Under the pieces are notes generated by a model. It did no database searches. It saw only the letters and a program-made list of their open reading frames with translations, and was not told where the DNA came from. Shown piece by piece: positions 45,514 through 56,111 of a DNA stretch of 64,000 bases (positions within the stretch are counted from its first letter, which is position 1; each line of letters begins with the position of its first letter). The DNA comes from Aplysia californica. Its lineage: Eukaryota. The DNA is taken from positions 606,110 to 670,109 of the forward strand of contig NW_004797315.1 in assembly GCF_000002075.1 (NCBI RefSeq), read 5' to 3'. Position numbers and translations under genes: made by a program.

Positions 45514-45934
45514 AGGAAATTTTGAATTTTGCCCGGGTTGCGGCTGAAGCCTACTTTTACCGATTTTAAAGCCTCCAAGGGATGTTTATGGTGCGCAACT
45601 TGCACATGGGACCTTCAAGATTTTTCGTTGTTGTCCGAGAAGGCCAGGTGTAGATCTTTCCTATCATAAGATCAGGGGTATGGCTGAAAGACAGCAGTAA
45701 AAAGGAGCCGAGGAGTAGCAGTAGAAAGGCTGCAGAAAGAGTCAAGAGCCCAAAGGAGGGGTAAAGGAGGTGAAGGGGTTGGGGCAGAAAGTGAAGACGG
45801 AAGCAAACGACAGAACATCGTTAAAGAGCATTGAAGGATGTGAGAGGAGAAAATGTTCCGTCGCTGTCCGGATTCGAAGCCGAGACCTTTTGAATGAGAG
45901 GCGAACACCTTGACCTCTAGACTATGAGAGCCCC
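45514..45934 (-). mobile_element. tRNA-headed Deu/Nin-domain SINE (family C), 3'-truncated
   Basis: A/B boxes (TAGTCTAGAGG, GGCTTCGAATCC), pyrimidine-rich middle, GGTCCCATGTGCAAGTTGCGCACCATAAACATCCC...AGTAGGC domain. Confidence 0.8.
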
Positions 45935-46021
45935 AGGTCTGTGTTTAAAAGGTCCTTTACAGTTTTTTTTGTTTAAAAAAAAACCCCCGATATGTGTCAG
46001 TCCTCCGGTTTCCTGTCACTG

Positions 46022-46578
46022 TGGGGCTGTTGTGCGTCTACAGGTTATGATGTTCGCCTCTCATGCATTAGGTCCCGTGTTCGAATCCTGACAGCAACGG
46101 AAAATGTTCTTCATTTGAATGTTTTTTTCGTTTCACCTGCTTTCCTGCTCTCTAATCATGTCCAAAATCTGTAGTCTGCTTTCGCCTCTACTTTTTGCCC
46201 CCCCCCCCCCCACACACACAGGCCTCTGAGCTCCTGACTTTTTCTGCAGCCTTTCTACTACTACTTCTCCTTGGCTCCTTCTTACTCTTGTTTTTCAGCC
46301 ACAATCCTGATCTTAGGGTAGGTAAGATCTAACGCCTAACCTTCTAGGATAAGGGAGAAACATCCCGAAGGTCCCGTGTGCAAGTTGCGCACCATAAAGA
46401 TCCTTTGGTGGTCCTAAAGTGGATAAGAGTAGGCTTCGATCGCCACCTGGGTAAAATTCAAAATTTGTTCCTACCTAATTGAAACTGCCGAATGTGTCCC
46501 GGTGCTCATAATATGACTTTATGCTGTTGTGAGCGCCGTGAAACGCTAACAAAAATCAACAACAACAAAAAACAACAA
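46022..46578 (+). mobile_element. tRNA-headed Deu/Nin-domain SINE (family C)
   Basis: GTTCGAATCC B box; GAAGGTCCCGTGTGCAAGTTGCGCACCATAAAGATCC...AAGAGTAGG resembles the Deu/Nin domain; tail ATGACTTTATGCTGTTGTGAGCGCCGTGAAAC(AAC)n. Confidence 0.8.
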
Positions 46579-46735
46579 CTACCAGTACCAACAGAGCGAC
46601 TGCTCATCTCACTAATGATGTGTGTATGGTCTGAGTTGTGGGCAGGGCAACTGGATTAATAGAACATAATAAGGGTTCACACACCTCCCTCACCAGCAGC
46701 TAAAAATTATACATGTACAATAATAACAATAATAA

Positions 46736-46917
46736 TGATCATTTTTTGCATGATTCCTGATTATTGTCCTTTATCATTCCTTGTTAAAATTAACAGAATC
46801 GCGTAATTTCACATTTTTGGGGCTCAGTTTGCTTAATTTCAGAATTTGTTTTGTTGTTGTTGATTTTAACAAAGAATGATAAAGGAAAATAATCAGAAAT
46901 CATACAAAAAATGATCA
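46736..46917. repeat. Long inverted repeat / hairpin MITE (~60-bp arms)
   Basis: TGATCATTTTTTGCATGATTCCTGATTATT...TTAAAATTAACA vs TGTTGATTTTAAC...AATAATCAGAAATCATACAAAAAATGATCA. Confidence 0.8.
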
Positions 46918-48246
46918 AATTTTGCTAAATTATGCGGGGTTCATAAAACCACGTGGTCAGTCTTTTGTCCTGCTCGGTTTTAAGCTTTTCATCTTCACTT
47001 TCTCTCCCCCCCCCCAAAAAAAAAAATTTAAAAAAAATTAAAAAATCCCCGCCTCCTCTAGGACTCCTCCCCTCCTTTACTCCGGCCTCTTTCTATACTA
47101 CTTCTAGATCTACTAATCTAATTTCCTTCTACGCCTGGCTCCTTCTTAGTGCTGTCTTTCAGCCACACCCAGCGTGAGCTATCCTTCTCGGATAAAGACG
47201 AACAATTTTGGAGGTTTTGAAATCAGGTGTTCTTATGACAATGCCAGCTCAGTGAAGTTGAGTCCTTTAGAGCTTGGAAAACAGACCCACCACATTTGCC
47301 TTTCAGAGAACTTCGGTGTCATATATTTTATCCTGTCATTTGATCCCGAGAATAACCCTGAGGCATTTCTTTCAAATGGAAATACATGTACAAGTAAATA
47401 ACATGCCATAGGTGGGCATATAATGCCATATGGCCCTAATACCCCTTTCTATTACGGAGTCTCTCCTTGAACAACCATCTTTGTTTCTGCAAGTGGAGAG
47501 CTACTTTCATTAAAAAAGAAGTCAAAAGAGGAAGCGAAAGTAGAATGATAAAAGCGATGAAAAATCAAAGATGATAGGATGAGCCTTGTGTATTCTATTC
47601 AGCAATGAAATGGTGTCAACGACATGAACAGTATGACCAAAAAGCGACTCCACGCTTTGAGTCGTCGAACTTAGAGAATAACGTTGGTCTTTGAAGTAAG
47701 TAGCAATATTTGAACAAGTTTGTTATTATATTATTATATTGTTAAAAAAAATAGAATAAAACGACGAAAACTAAAATATAGAAGCAGGTTTTTGTTGTCT
47801 GACCCGAGCCTGAGCCTGAGTGCAAGTCGTGTTTGGCAGCCTACTACTGAAGTCTAGATTCTAGATTCTAGACCTAGATTTAGATCTAGACTCCTTTACT
47901 CTTCTAATTAAAGTCTAGATTTACTTTCTGACCTGAGGACTCACTTCTCGTACAGTTACAGTTGACTTTATTTTAACCCTGTCCATGTAGATAGGGCGCA
48001 GGACCGCCGTAGGGCTTTTACGTCCTTGGGTCATTTTGTTCTCCCGGGGTTGTATTCTTCATTCACATTTTAGAATACTTCTAGATCTAGATCTAGTCTA
48101 GATCTAAAATTCTAGATATCTAGATCTAATATCTAAGTAGGAAGATCTCTGTGAAACTTTCAGTGTAAAAAAAAAAAATCATTTTGTTCAGACTGCTGAT
48201 ATGCAAAGCGTACGGATTGGAATTAACTAGATCTAGATTTTCTAGT

Positions 48247-48532
48247 AAATTTCTACGCTCTTTGGAAATTGCCTTACCGTTTGATAGCCATTCTGAAACT
48301 GCTTGCCTCCCTGGCAAAAATGAGATAGAATCTAACCACAGTGGGTCAATCAAAGTTCAATCCGGCAAAAAAAAAAAAAATTATAATAATTTTAAGGCTG
48401 AAAAATATTACTGGCTAACAGTATGAGTAACAGTGTTAAGGTTCACTTAGCCTACATGGCCACTTTTGTCTCTTCTGTTTCTTATGTGGCCTAAACAAAC
48501 GGGAAGGCAACTTCCAAAGAGCCCCTAAATTT
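48247..48532. mobile_element. MITE with ~37-bp imperfect TIRs
   Basis: AAATTTCTACGCTCTTTGGAAATTGCCTTACCGTTTG vs CAAACGGGAAGGCAACTTCCAAAGAGCCCCTAAATTT; related left end at ~11988-12042. Confidence 0.65.
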
Positions 48533-48910
48533 CCTCTTTGGAAAGTGGTGGCACGGAATTCCCCATATTATAATTATATGGTTACGATAGTGTACACAAT
48601 CAATGTACGGATAGAGTTCTAATACAGGAAGAATGGGATTTCTAGATTAGTCCCCATTTTTTTTTACATCTGATCTATCTGCTCATGAATGTCGTGCATT
48701 CCACCCCCCCCCCCCCCAAATTCCAAGCTTCCATCTTTGAGTCTTTCCTAGTGGTTCCTCCTAGTCCTAGTACATGTTGCTTTTGCCTTGGAGTATCCAT
48801 TAATAGGAGAGGGTGAAGCCGCAGCAGACGAAGGTCGGCCATGGTTGTGAAATCAGCTCAGTTGTAAACTTCGTGTCGACCAAATGGCAGTTTGCGCAGC
48901 GTTCGGGTCT

Positions 48911-49378
48911 GGGGGGCTCTCGTGGCCTAGAGGTTAAGATGTTAGCCTCTCTTTCAAAGGTCCTGGGTTCGAATCTGAGTAGTGATGGAAAAAATTTGTT
49001 CTCCAAAATTTTCCTTTCTCTGTCATCTGCTTTCGTCTCCACTTTCTGCCCCTCCTCACCTCCTCAGGGCTCCTGACTCTTTCTGTAGCCTTTGTACTGC
49101 TACTCCTTGGCTCCTTTTTACTGCTGTCTTTCAGCCACATTCCTGATCTTCTGGTAGGAAAGATCTAGATCTACCCCTAGCCTTCTCAGACAAGGGCGAA
49201 AAAATCTCGGAGTTCCTGTGTGCAAGTTGCGCACGTTAAAGGTCCCTGGTCTAAAATGGATACATGTTGTAAAAGAGTAGGCTTTGGCCGCCACCCTGGC
49301 AAAATTCAAAATTTCCCACCGACTGCAAATATTTAATGTGTCCTGCGCGCTCAAATGCAGTTGCGAGTGCCGTACGAA
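48911..49378 (+). mobile_element. tRNA-headed Deu/Nin-domain SINE (family C)
   Basis: GGGGGCTCTCGTGGCCTAGAGG A box, GGTTCGAATC B box, TGTGCAAGTTGCGCACGTTAAAGGTCCC...AAGAGTAGG, tail GCAGTTGCGAGTGCCGTA. Confidence 0.85.
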
Positions 49379-49379
49379 A

Positions 49380-49870
49380 TATGTTTTTTAAAATATCAGT
49401 TTCTAGCAAAGGCACTGAACTTGATGACGAAGGGCCTTCTGTTTCAGCCATAAATGTATCTCACAGTAAAAACAGCATGAAAGAGATTGAAGGTAATTAA
49501 GTTTGCCATGATGATAACTGCACATATGTGCCTAGTCTGGCACACTTATTCTTTTGTTCAGAGAATACTGTTGCTTGCTGGTGTTGTAGTGTTAAGGTTG
49601 ACAAAGCATTTGAAAATATGAAACCTGCATAGGTGCCTTAGTTGACTCCAGTGTATCAAATGTAACTTCCTTGTTGTTTTTGAAGTCTCATGGAGGTTTG
49701 ACAGTGCCGTCAAAGAAAGTCATTGAAGTGTGTTTTGTGTTTGAAAAACATTTTCGATGCCATGTGTCATCTACCTGTGCAGGGGATGTGAAGTGTTACA
49801 AATTAGTGCAATCTGTTTTGAAATTCTTCTTACTTAAGCCTATAATTTCAAATTTTCTAGTAATTTTTTA
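49380..49870 (+). pseudogene. THAP9/P-element transposase C-terminal remnant
   Basis: With frameshifts reads FCSENTVA..AGVVVLRLTKHLK.ETCIGAL...SLLFLKSHGGLTVPSKKVIEVCFVFEKHFR, matching the THAP9-type YIAG...CxxC...L-K-x-x-GGL-x-x-PS...C-x3-E-x-x-FR pattern. Confidence 0.75.
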
Positions 49871-51579
49871 AGACACTTAACAGTATTTTGAAAATTTTTG
49901 ATAAAGTGCCTGGGTGTTTTAAAGGTGCCCCTCCCTCTTTGCATTTTTTTTTGGGGGGGNNNNNNNNNNNNNNNNNNNNNNNNNNNNNNNNNNNNNNNNN
50001 NNNNNNNNNNNNNNNNNNNNNNNNNNNNNNNNNNNNNNNNNNNNNNNNNNNNNNNNNNNNNNNNNNNNNNNNNNNNNNNNNNNNNNNNNNNNNNNNNNNN
50101 NNNNNNNNNNNNNNNNNNNNNNNNNNNNNNNNNNNNNNNNNNNNNNNNNNNNNNNNNNNNNNNNNNNNNNNNNNNNNNNNNNNNNNNNNNNNNNNNNNNN
50201 TGTAGAGAATGAATGTTTTAATGAATGTTTCTAGTTACTAATGTTTCAACTTTATAGTGTCCGTCTGTGAATTTTTATTGCATAGTGTATTTTTAGTAAT
50301 TCTTCTGTAAAACATGTTCGATACCATGTGTCTTCTGCCTGTGCACGGATTGTGACATTGTCAAATAAGAAACGTCATAATTAATGTGCATTCTGTTTTG
50401 AAATTCTTCTTACTTAAGCCTATAATTTTAAATTTGTAATTAAGTTTTGAAGACACTTTAATTAACTGTATTTTGAACAATTTTGATAAATTGTCTGGGT
50501 GTTTTAAAGGTGCCCCTCCCTCTTTGCATTTTTTTTTGGGGGGGGGGGGGGGGTTGGTTCATTTCCATCATCGTACTTCACTCTCATCTGCCTTTCCCTC
50601 GCCTTCCTCATTCTTCGCCCATGGCATCCCACCCTCACTCCAACTTTTGTGGAATCATTTTCAATTTTGTTAGAAATATATTTTGTCCTCTTTTTTTTTA
50701 AAGTCAAGAAGTCTACGTTTTTGTAAAAATAATTTCAGTTATGACATCGTTATGATCATTTTGCACTGACGAAGTTTTATTACCGAAAATTCCTGAAAAT
50801 TTTGTTATCCCATTTATATTTTTGTTTTGATCCCAATTATCCCAATTTCTTGTTTAAAACATGAATAAAAATTTATCTTACCGTCACAATGTGTAGTACA
50901 TGTGTTACTGTAAATATTCGACTAAGTGAGCTGGTAATTTGATGCAAGTAAGATTTCTTACCATCCTTATTATATTATTACTGTACGGGAGTGCTTATAA
51001 TGCTGTAATTAACAGTGAAATAGAAATTTTGAGAGACAATATAGTCTGAGCTGCATGTTTTGAAAAGAGATTAACGCCGCGTACGCTGCTTTGTTTTGAA
51101 CTTACAAAGATGGTGGCAGCCCCGATAAGCTCCGCCCCACAATATCGATTATTTGCAAACCTTGCAGTCTCGAATTAGGTCTCTACTCCATTTGCAGCTC
51201 TGTGTCCTATTGAGTCCAATCTCTTGTAAGTGTTTAATTTCTTATGCTTATAAAACTTTAAAAGAAACTATCCGGATAGTAGCGGTCGATCATTTGCACT
51301 GCATCGTTGAACTTTGTTTGAACTTGCTTTCATAAGTAGGTCTACTCTTAATCTTTTTCTTTTTCTCAGTTTACGTAGTGTTCAGCATCATAGTCAATCT
51401 GGGCGGAAGAAGGGTGCTGCACAATCACAGACAAGCGAGCCAAATAGTTTTGCAAGTTGCAAAGAAAATAATCCGAGTCTGCAGGCTGCCATTGTTTGGT
51501 CGTGTTGCCACCATGACTGTCAAAAAGGGTATCCCTCAATGACGTCAAATAAGATGGCTGTTACTGTAAATACCAGCAT

Positions 51580-51650
51580 CTGAGCAGGATGGCCCAACAA
51601 TTTATGACAGATACCAGACTTCAAGTATGATCGATCGAGAAGAAGAAGAA
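51580..51650 (+). mobile_element. Extreme 3' tip of an Ingi/I-group-like LINE
   Basis: LSRMAQQFMTDTRLQV* followed by TCGATCGA(GAA)4 tail, like the 19687 remnant. Confidence 0.45.
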
Positions 51651-51895
51651 TGTTAATATCAGCCAATGGCGTTTAGTTTTTGTTCTCTAGCTATCCGCTT
51701 GTATTTTGGGCTGTTTCATCACGCTTGGCATGCCTCCTTTCCTTTTTTTTTGCTCACATGGTAACTTACAGATTTTGTCACAACATTTCACACAACATAG
51801 GTTCAATCTAATAGGCCTATCCCTACGTCCTCCTCTCTCTCCTAACTTCCTTCCCCTGCACAGAGTACAGTGCTGAGTGCTGTGAGAGTGGCTTT

Positions 51896-52442
51896 GTTTC
51901 GAATACATGAAGCTATAGCGAGCACCTAGCACACCTTTGTGATTGGCCCAAATATATATGACATTTCCACCATCTATTTTTGTCTTCCAGGATTTCCCCC
52001 AAGGCTCTTGGGTTTCCCTCGCCAATAACTGTTAACTAGATCTCGCGTGTTTTTTTGTTTTTTGTATTAATTTGTGTTATCTTTTATAAACAATCTCAGC
52101 AATTCTCGTTCCATAAATTTACCTTCTCTTCGAAGTTGTACACACTCACATACACACTCACACACAAACACATGCGCACACACACACACACACAACAAGC
52201 GAGTGTGCTCACACACACACATACGCGCGTGAGCACACACAGCCCAAGCGGTCTGCGATGAAACCTAGTGACGTAGCGCATGCTAAGTGGCAAAGCGGGC
52301 CCGCCACGGTGAGATCTCTAGTCAGCTGGTGAGAGAAGACCCGGAAGACGTCAAAAATAGCTGGCGGGAATGCGTCATCTATATTTAGGCCAATCACAGA
52401 GGTGTGCTAGGTGTTTGCTGTAGCTTCATATGTTTTGAATTC
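51896..52442. mobile_element. Foldback-type element with ~95-bp TIRs around a (CA)n-rich core
   Basis: 51901-51991 is the inverted, diverged match of 52340-52438 (ATGAAGCTA...CACCTAGCACACC...GTGATTGGCC). Confidence 0.75.
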
Positions 52443-53492
52443 GAGGGTCAGGGAGATGAGAGACATGATGCAAGCTGCTGACTCGACTGTCTTTACTTTA
52501 GTTGGGCAGGCCCCCCTATTTATTGTATTTTCAATTTATCTTTATAATGTGCCGCTATGATTTATCAGTTTGATGTTTTTAAAATTTTTAGACTGAGTAA
52601 CTCAGTAGTAGGCCTATCATGGAAAACCTTTTCAAGTAAACAGCGTCACCCGTCTCTGAAAACTCATTCTATGCAGTCAAGGCATCTGACTGAGGTTAAG
52701 GTTCCCGTTTTGTTCCATTATCAAAGGTTAGCTGCTCTTCAAAACTTATGTCTAGGGTAAATGCTGTAAGGCCTTGCATCTGATCTTACTTTTCTTGCTC
52801 ATTGACCAAAAGCTGAACAGGGTATATAGCACCTTAGGTTCAAGAAAGGGATTTAATAAAAATGTATATAATGTCATTCACTTTTGACCAATTAAGGTAA
52901 TTAAAAGTAATAATAGGCATCTCCCCTTTTTGTCATTTTCATTAGTACTCAGCTTAACACTGAAATACTCTGGTCCCATGAAGGTCGTTTTATTATTAGG
53001 CTAACTGGGGGCTTAGCAGATCAACAGGTATGATGTTTGCCTGTCAGCTTGCTTGACCTGACAACATAAACTGTTGAAGGGCTAGGGAGATTGTAATGGA
53101 ATATTTGGTTCTTTTGATTTATTTCCAAGGGTGTGAAACACCTGCTGACTGAAAAATTTTTAAATAATTTTTTGGTTTTGTTCTTTTAAACAGGAGTACA
53201 AGCTAAATTGCACTTTGCGCTATTTTTTTCTGTACTCCAAGTGTGCGGATATGCCAGACCTTATATTTTTACCTTCTTTGTGTCTTTTCAGGCTTCCTGG
53301 TTCATGCCTTGTGGTGGGCTCTCTGCATGACAGTGGTTCATTGAACTCAATCTCAGATCTGTCAGTGCCAGGGACAGTGAGGGCCTTCTTCAGTATTTCA
53401 GCTTCATTTGTTTGCTGCCATTACAGCTGTTGTTGTTTCATCTGCATGGAAACTTGATTAGTAGGTTCCACTAAGTGTGGAGCATTACAAAC

Positions 53493-56111
53493 ATGTTTCG
53501 CTTTGATCCAGACAAAAATTGTGGTGAAGCTTTTAATGTTTCAGGACATATAGATGTCTTCATTGATGGAGAGTTTTTCTCGAGGAGTAAGTTTACCAGG
53601 ACTGTCAAGATTGACCTGGTGTTGAACTCAAGCAATGATACCGAAAGCTCCAAAGATTCGTTATTTACTAATTTCAGAGACAGTGAACTCACAGGTCTTA
53701 TGACTTGTAAAAAAGAAGAAAGTTCACTCTGTTGCGAGGTTCCCTCAGCATCCTCAAACAGTAGTCCCCTTGAGTCTCTTACATCTCTTTCAAGTCAGGT
53801 TCCTTCAGAAATCAGCAAAACTCGTCCAGTCAAAAGCTGTCATTCCTCTCCTGATCAAGACTCAGGGTCTGTCAGCGAAAATGATTGTGAAGATACAAAT
53901 TTTAGACCAGAGACTTTATTAACTTTAGGAAAAGGAAAGGAAACTTTGAAAAATAGTAGTTTGGCAAAGATAGAATTGTCGCAAATTTGTACGAGAAAAA
54001 CTAAAAACACCTTGATGCATGTTGATAATGACTTAACATTAAAGGAAGTTCAAAAGGTTTGTCATTGGGATACCTGGTCCCTATGTGAGAATCAACATGG
54101 TATACTGGCCAAAGGCAGCTCTACAAACCCAGAAAATTCCGCTGTCAGTGCAGCCACTCTGATGTTACCAAAACAAGAAACCCAAGAACACCATGATAAT
54201 CTTAAAGTCTCATGTTTGGTGGAGAAAGATGGTCGGACTGCTTGCTCTGTTACTGTTAATGAACACTGGAATGTGAACCAAAGAAATGAGCAGATAGTCA
54301 CTGACTCTGTTGTATTGGATGTAGAAGAAATTCTAGAAGATTCCAGTGTGGAAAAGAAAGCAGATGAAAAAAGGAGTTGTGACGCTAGTAGTGCAATTGT
54401 TTCGAGTTGTACCATTCACAAGGCAACCAAGCGAAAAGGATGCAGTGAACGAGAGAAGGACACTGTTGTGAAAGACAAAGTTGCCAAAAGACCAACAGAA
54501 GAAGTGGCCAGTGGCAAGCGTCTTGCCCCCCGGTTCACTTGTGAACTCTGTGGAAAGACATTTTCATCCAGAAGAGCTAAGGTAGAGCACCGTTTAAATC
54601 CAGAGTGTGAGGTGATGTGTCGGGTGTGTAACACCGTTCACTTCTCTCAAGGCTCATTGTTGGCTCACTATTGCTGTGTTCACCCTGAGGTACAGGACCT
54701 GAAACAACAGTTTGATGATGAATTCCCATGGGTGGATTTGAAAGTTTTCAGAGACAAAAGTGATTGTCCTCTGTGCTTGAAGTCTGTGAGTGATCGTGGG
54801 TGCGTGGTACATTTTGACTCTGTTCACTTCTCCAATCCATTGTATCTGTGTTGTGTGTGTGGAGAAAAGTTTAGAACAGAGTTGTTATGGAGAGAACATT
54901 GCTCCTCACGGCACGGTAAGAAAACGGCTACCCGTCGATTGGTAAAAGTAAATGAACACAGAACTGGTATTTCTTTAAAAGATAGTAAAACAAAAGATGT
55001 TGTGAGTGAAGAATGTGACATGGATGGACAAGATGCAAATATTAACAGTAATTTTCATTGTAAATATTGTAAGAAGACATTTGGAAATTATAATCTATTA
55101 TTGGCTCATCGAAGAAAGAAGAAGATCGGTGCGGCCACCTGTGGACGCTGTGGGTTAAGTTTTTCTGAGCAGGCTTATTTAATAGCACATGAAAGAAGAA
55201 AGCATGGTATTGGCCCAGCTGATAAATTAGCTGAAAGTATGGAAAACCCCGGTATGATTGATTGTCCTATTTGTTCAGCTAAGATGAAGAATGGATCCCT
55301 GATTGAACACATTAGAAGAAATCATGCAAGTGATTTTAGTTATAAGTGCTGTGTTTGTGGGTATAATTGCAAAACAAGAGATGCCTACGCCCGACACTGT
55401 GAAAAAAAGCACACAGAGAAAAAGAAGAGTAAACCTATTTTTCAGTGCTCAGTGTGTAATGAAAAATGCCAAACTGTGAGTGAATTCAACAGTCATAAAG
55501 CAACGCATTGGAAAACTTGCATTTTCTGTGGCGATAACTTACCCATGCGTAGTCATCTACAGCGACATTATGAGGAGAAGCACCTGGAAAAGCTGCTGCC
55601 ATGTGATCACTGTGACAGGAAATTCCCATCTCTGAAGACGTTGCGCACTCACCAGAAGTACGTTCAGTTCCTCCCCAGGCGTCCCTGCCCAAAGTGTGGG
55701 GTCATGTTATACTCTTTACGGAATCATATGAAATCTATGCATCCAGAAGTTGAGGTGCACGCACAGTGCAATGTTTGTGGCAAAACGCTCAAGAATGAGA
55801 GGTCTCTAAAGGAGCATATAGTGCGGGCTCATGGCAATCGACAGATAATTTGTTCTGTGTGTTCAAAAGTCTTCAGGCATGCAGGGGCTTTGAGGAAACA
55901 TCTCACAACTGTTCACTTTGTTGAAAAGGTATACGAGTGTCATATTTGTGGGAAAAAATGTTCCCAGAAGTACAATCTAAAGATTCACATGCGAGTCCAT
56001 TCCTTGCACAAAGCTTTCTCTTGTCCTGTTTGCAGCCAGGGATTCAACTACAAGGCCTCTTTGCAGAGCCACATGCGTTCTAAGCACCCTGATCATGAGC
56101 CTATTCCATGA
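53493..56111 (+). CDS. Poly-C2H2 zinc-finger protein, paralog 3 (~872 aa, 16 finger-like motifs; lacks first four-finger module)
   Basis: Long intact ORF; ATG at 53493 in the same CAAACATG context (the track's 53475 start is GTG); acceptor at 53291/53292; N-terminal domain and fingers colinear with paralogs 1 and 2. Confidence 0.93.
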   Translation: MFRFDPDKNCGEAFNVSGHIDVFIDGEFFSRSKFTRTVKIDLVLNSSNDTESSKDSLFTNFRDSELTGLMTCKKEESSLCCEVPSASSNSSPLESLTSLSSQVPSEISKTRPVKSCHSSPDQDSGSVSENDCEDTNFRPETLLTLGKGKETLKNSSLAKIELSQICTRKTKNTLMHVDNDLTLKEVQKVCHWDTWSLCENQHGILAKGSSTNPENSAVSAATLMLPKQETQEHHDNLKVSCLVEKDGRTACSVTVNEHWNVNQRNEQIVTDSVVLDVEEILEDSSVEKKADEKRSCDASSAIVSSCTIHKATKRKGCSEREKDTVVKDKVAKRPTEEVASGKRLAPRFTCELCGKTFSSRRAKVEHRLNPECEVMCRVCNTVHFSQGSLLAHYCCVHPEVQDLKQQFDDEFPWVDLKVFRDKSDCPLCLKSVSDRGCVVHFDSVHFSNPLYLCCVCGEKFRTELLWREHCSSRHGKKTATRRLVKVNEHRTGISLKDSKTKDVVSEECDMDGQDANINSNFHCKYCKKTFGNYNLLLAHRRKKKIGAATCGRCGLSFSEQAYLIAHERRKHGIGPADKLAESMENPGMIDCPICSAKMKNGSLIEHIRRNHASDFSYKCCVCGYNCKTRDAYARHCEKKHTEKKKSKPIFQCSVCNEKCQTVSEFNSHKATHWKTCIFCGDNLPMRSHLQRHYEEKHLEKLLPCDHCDRKFPSLKTLRTHQKYVQFLPRRPCPKCGVMLYSLRNHMKSMHPEVEVHAQCNVCGKTLKNERSLKEHIVRAHGNRQIICSVCSKVFRHAGALRKHLTTVHFVEKVYECHICGKKCSQKYNLKIHMRVHSLHKAFSCPVCSQGFNYKASLQSHMRSKHPDHEPIP

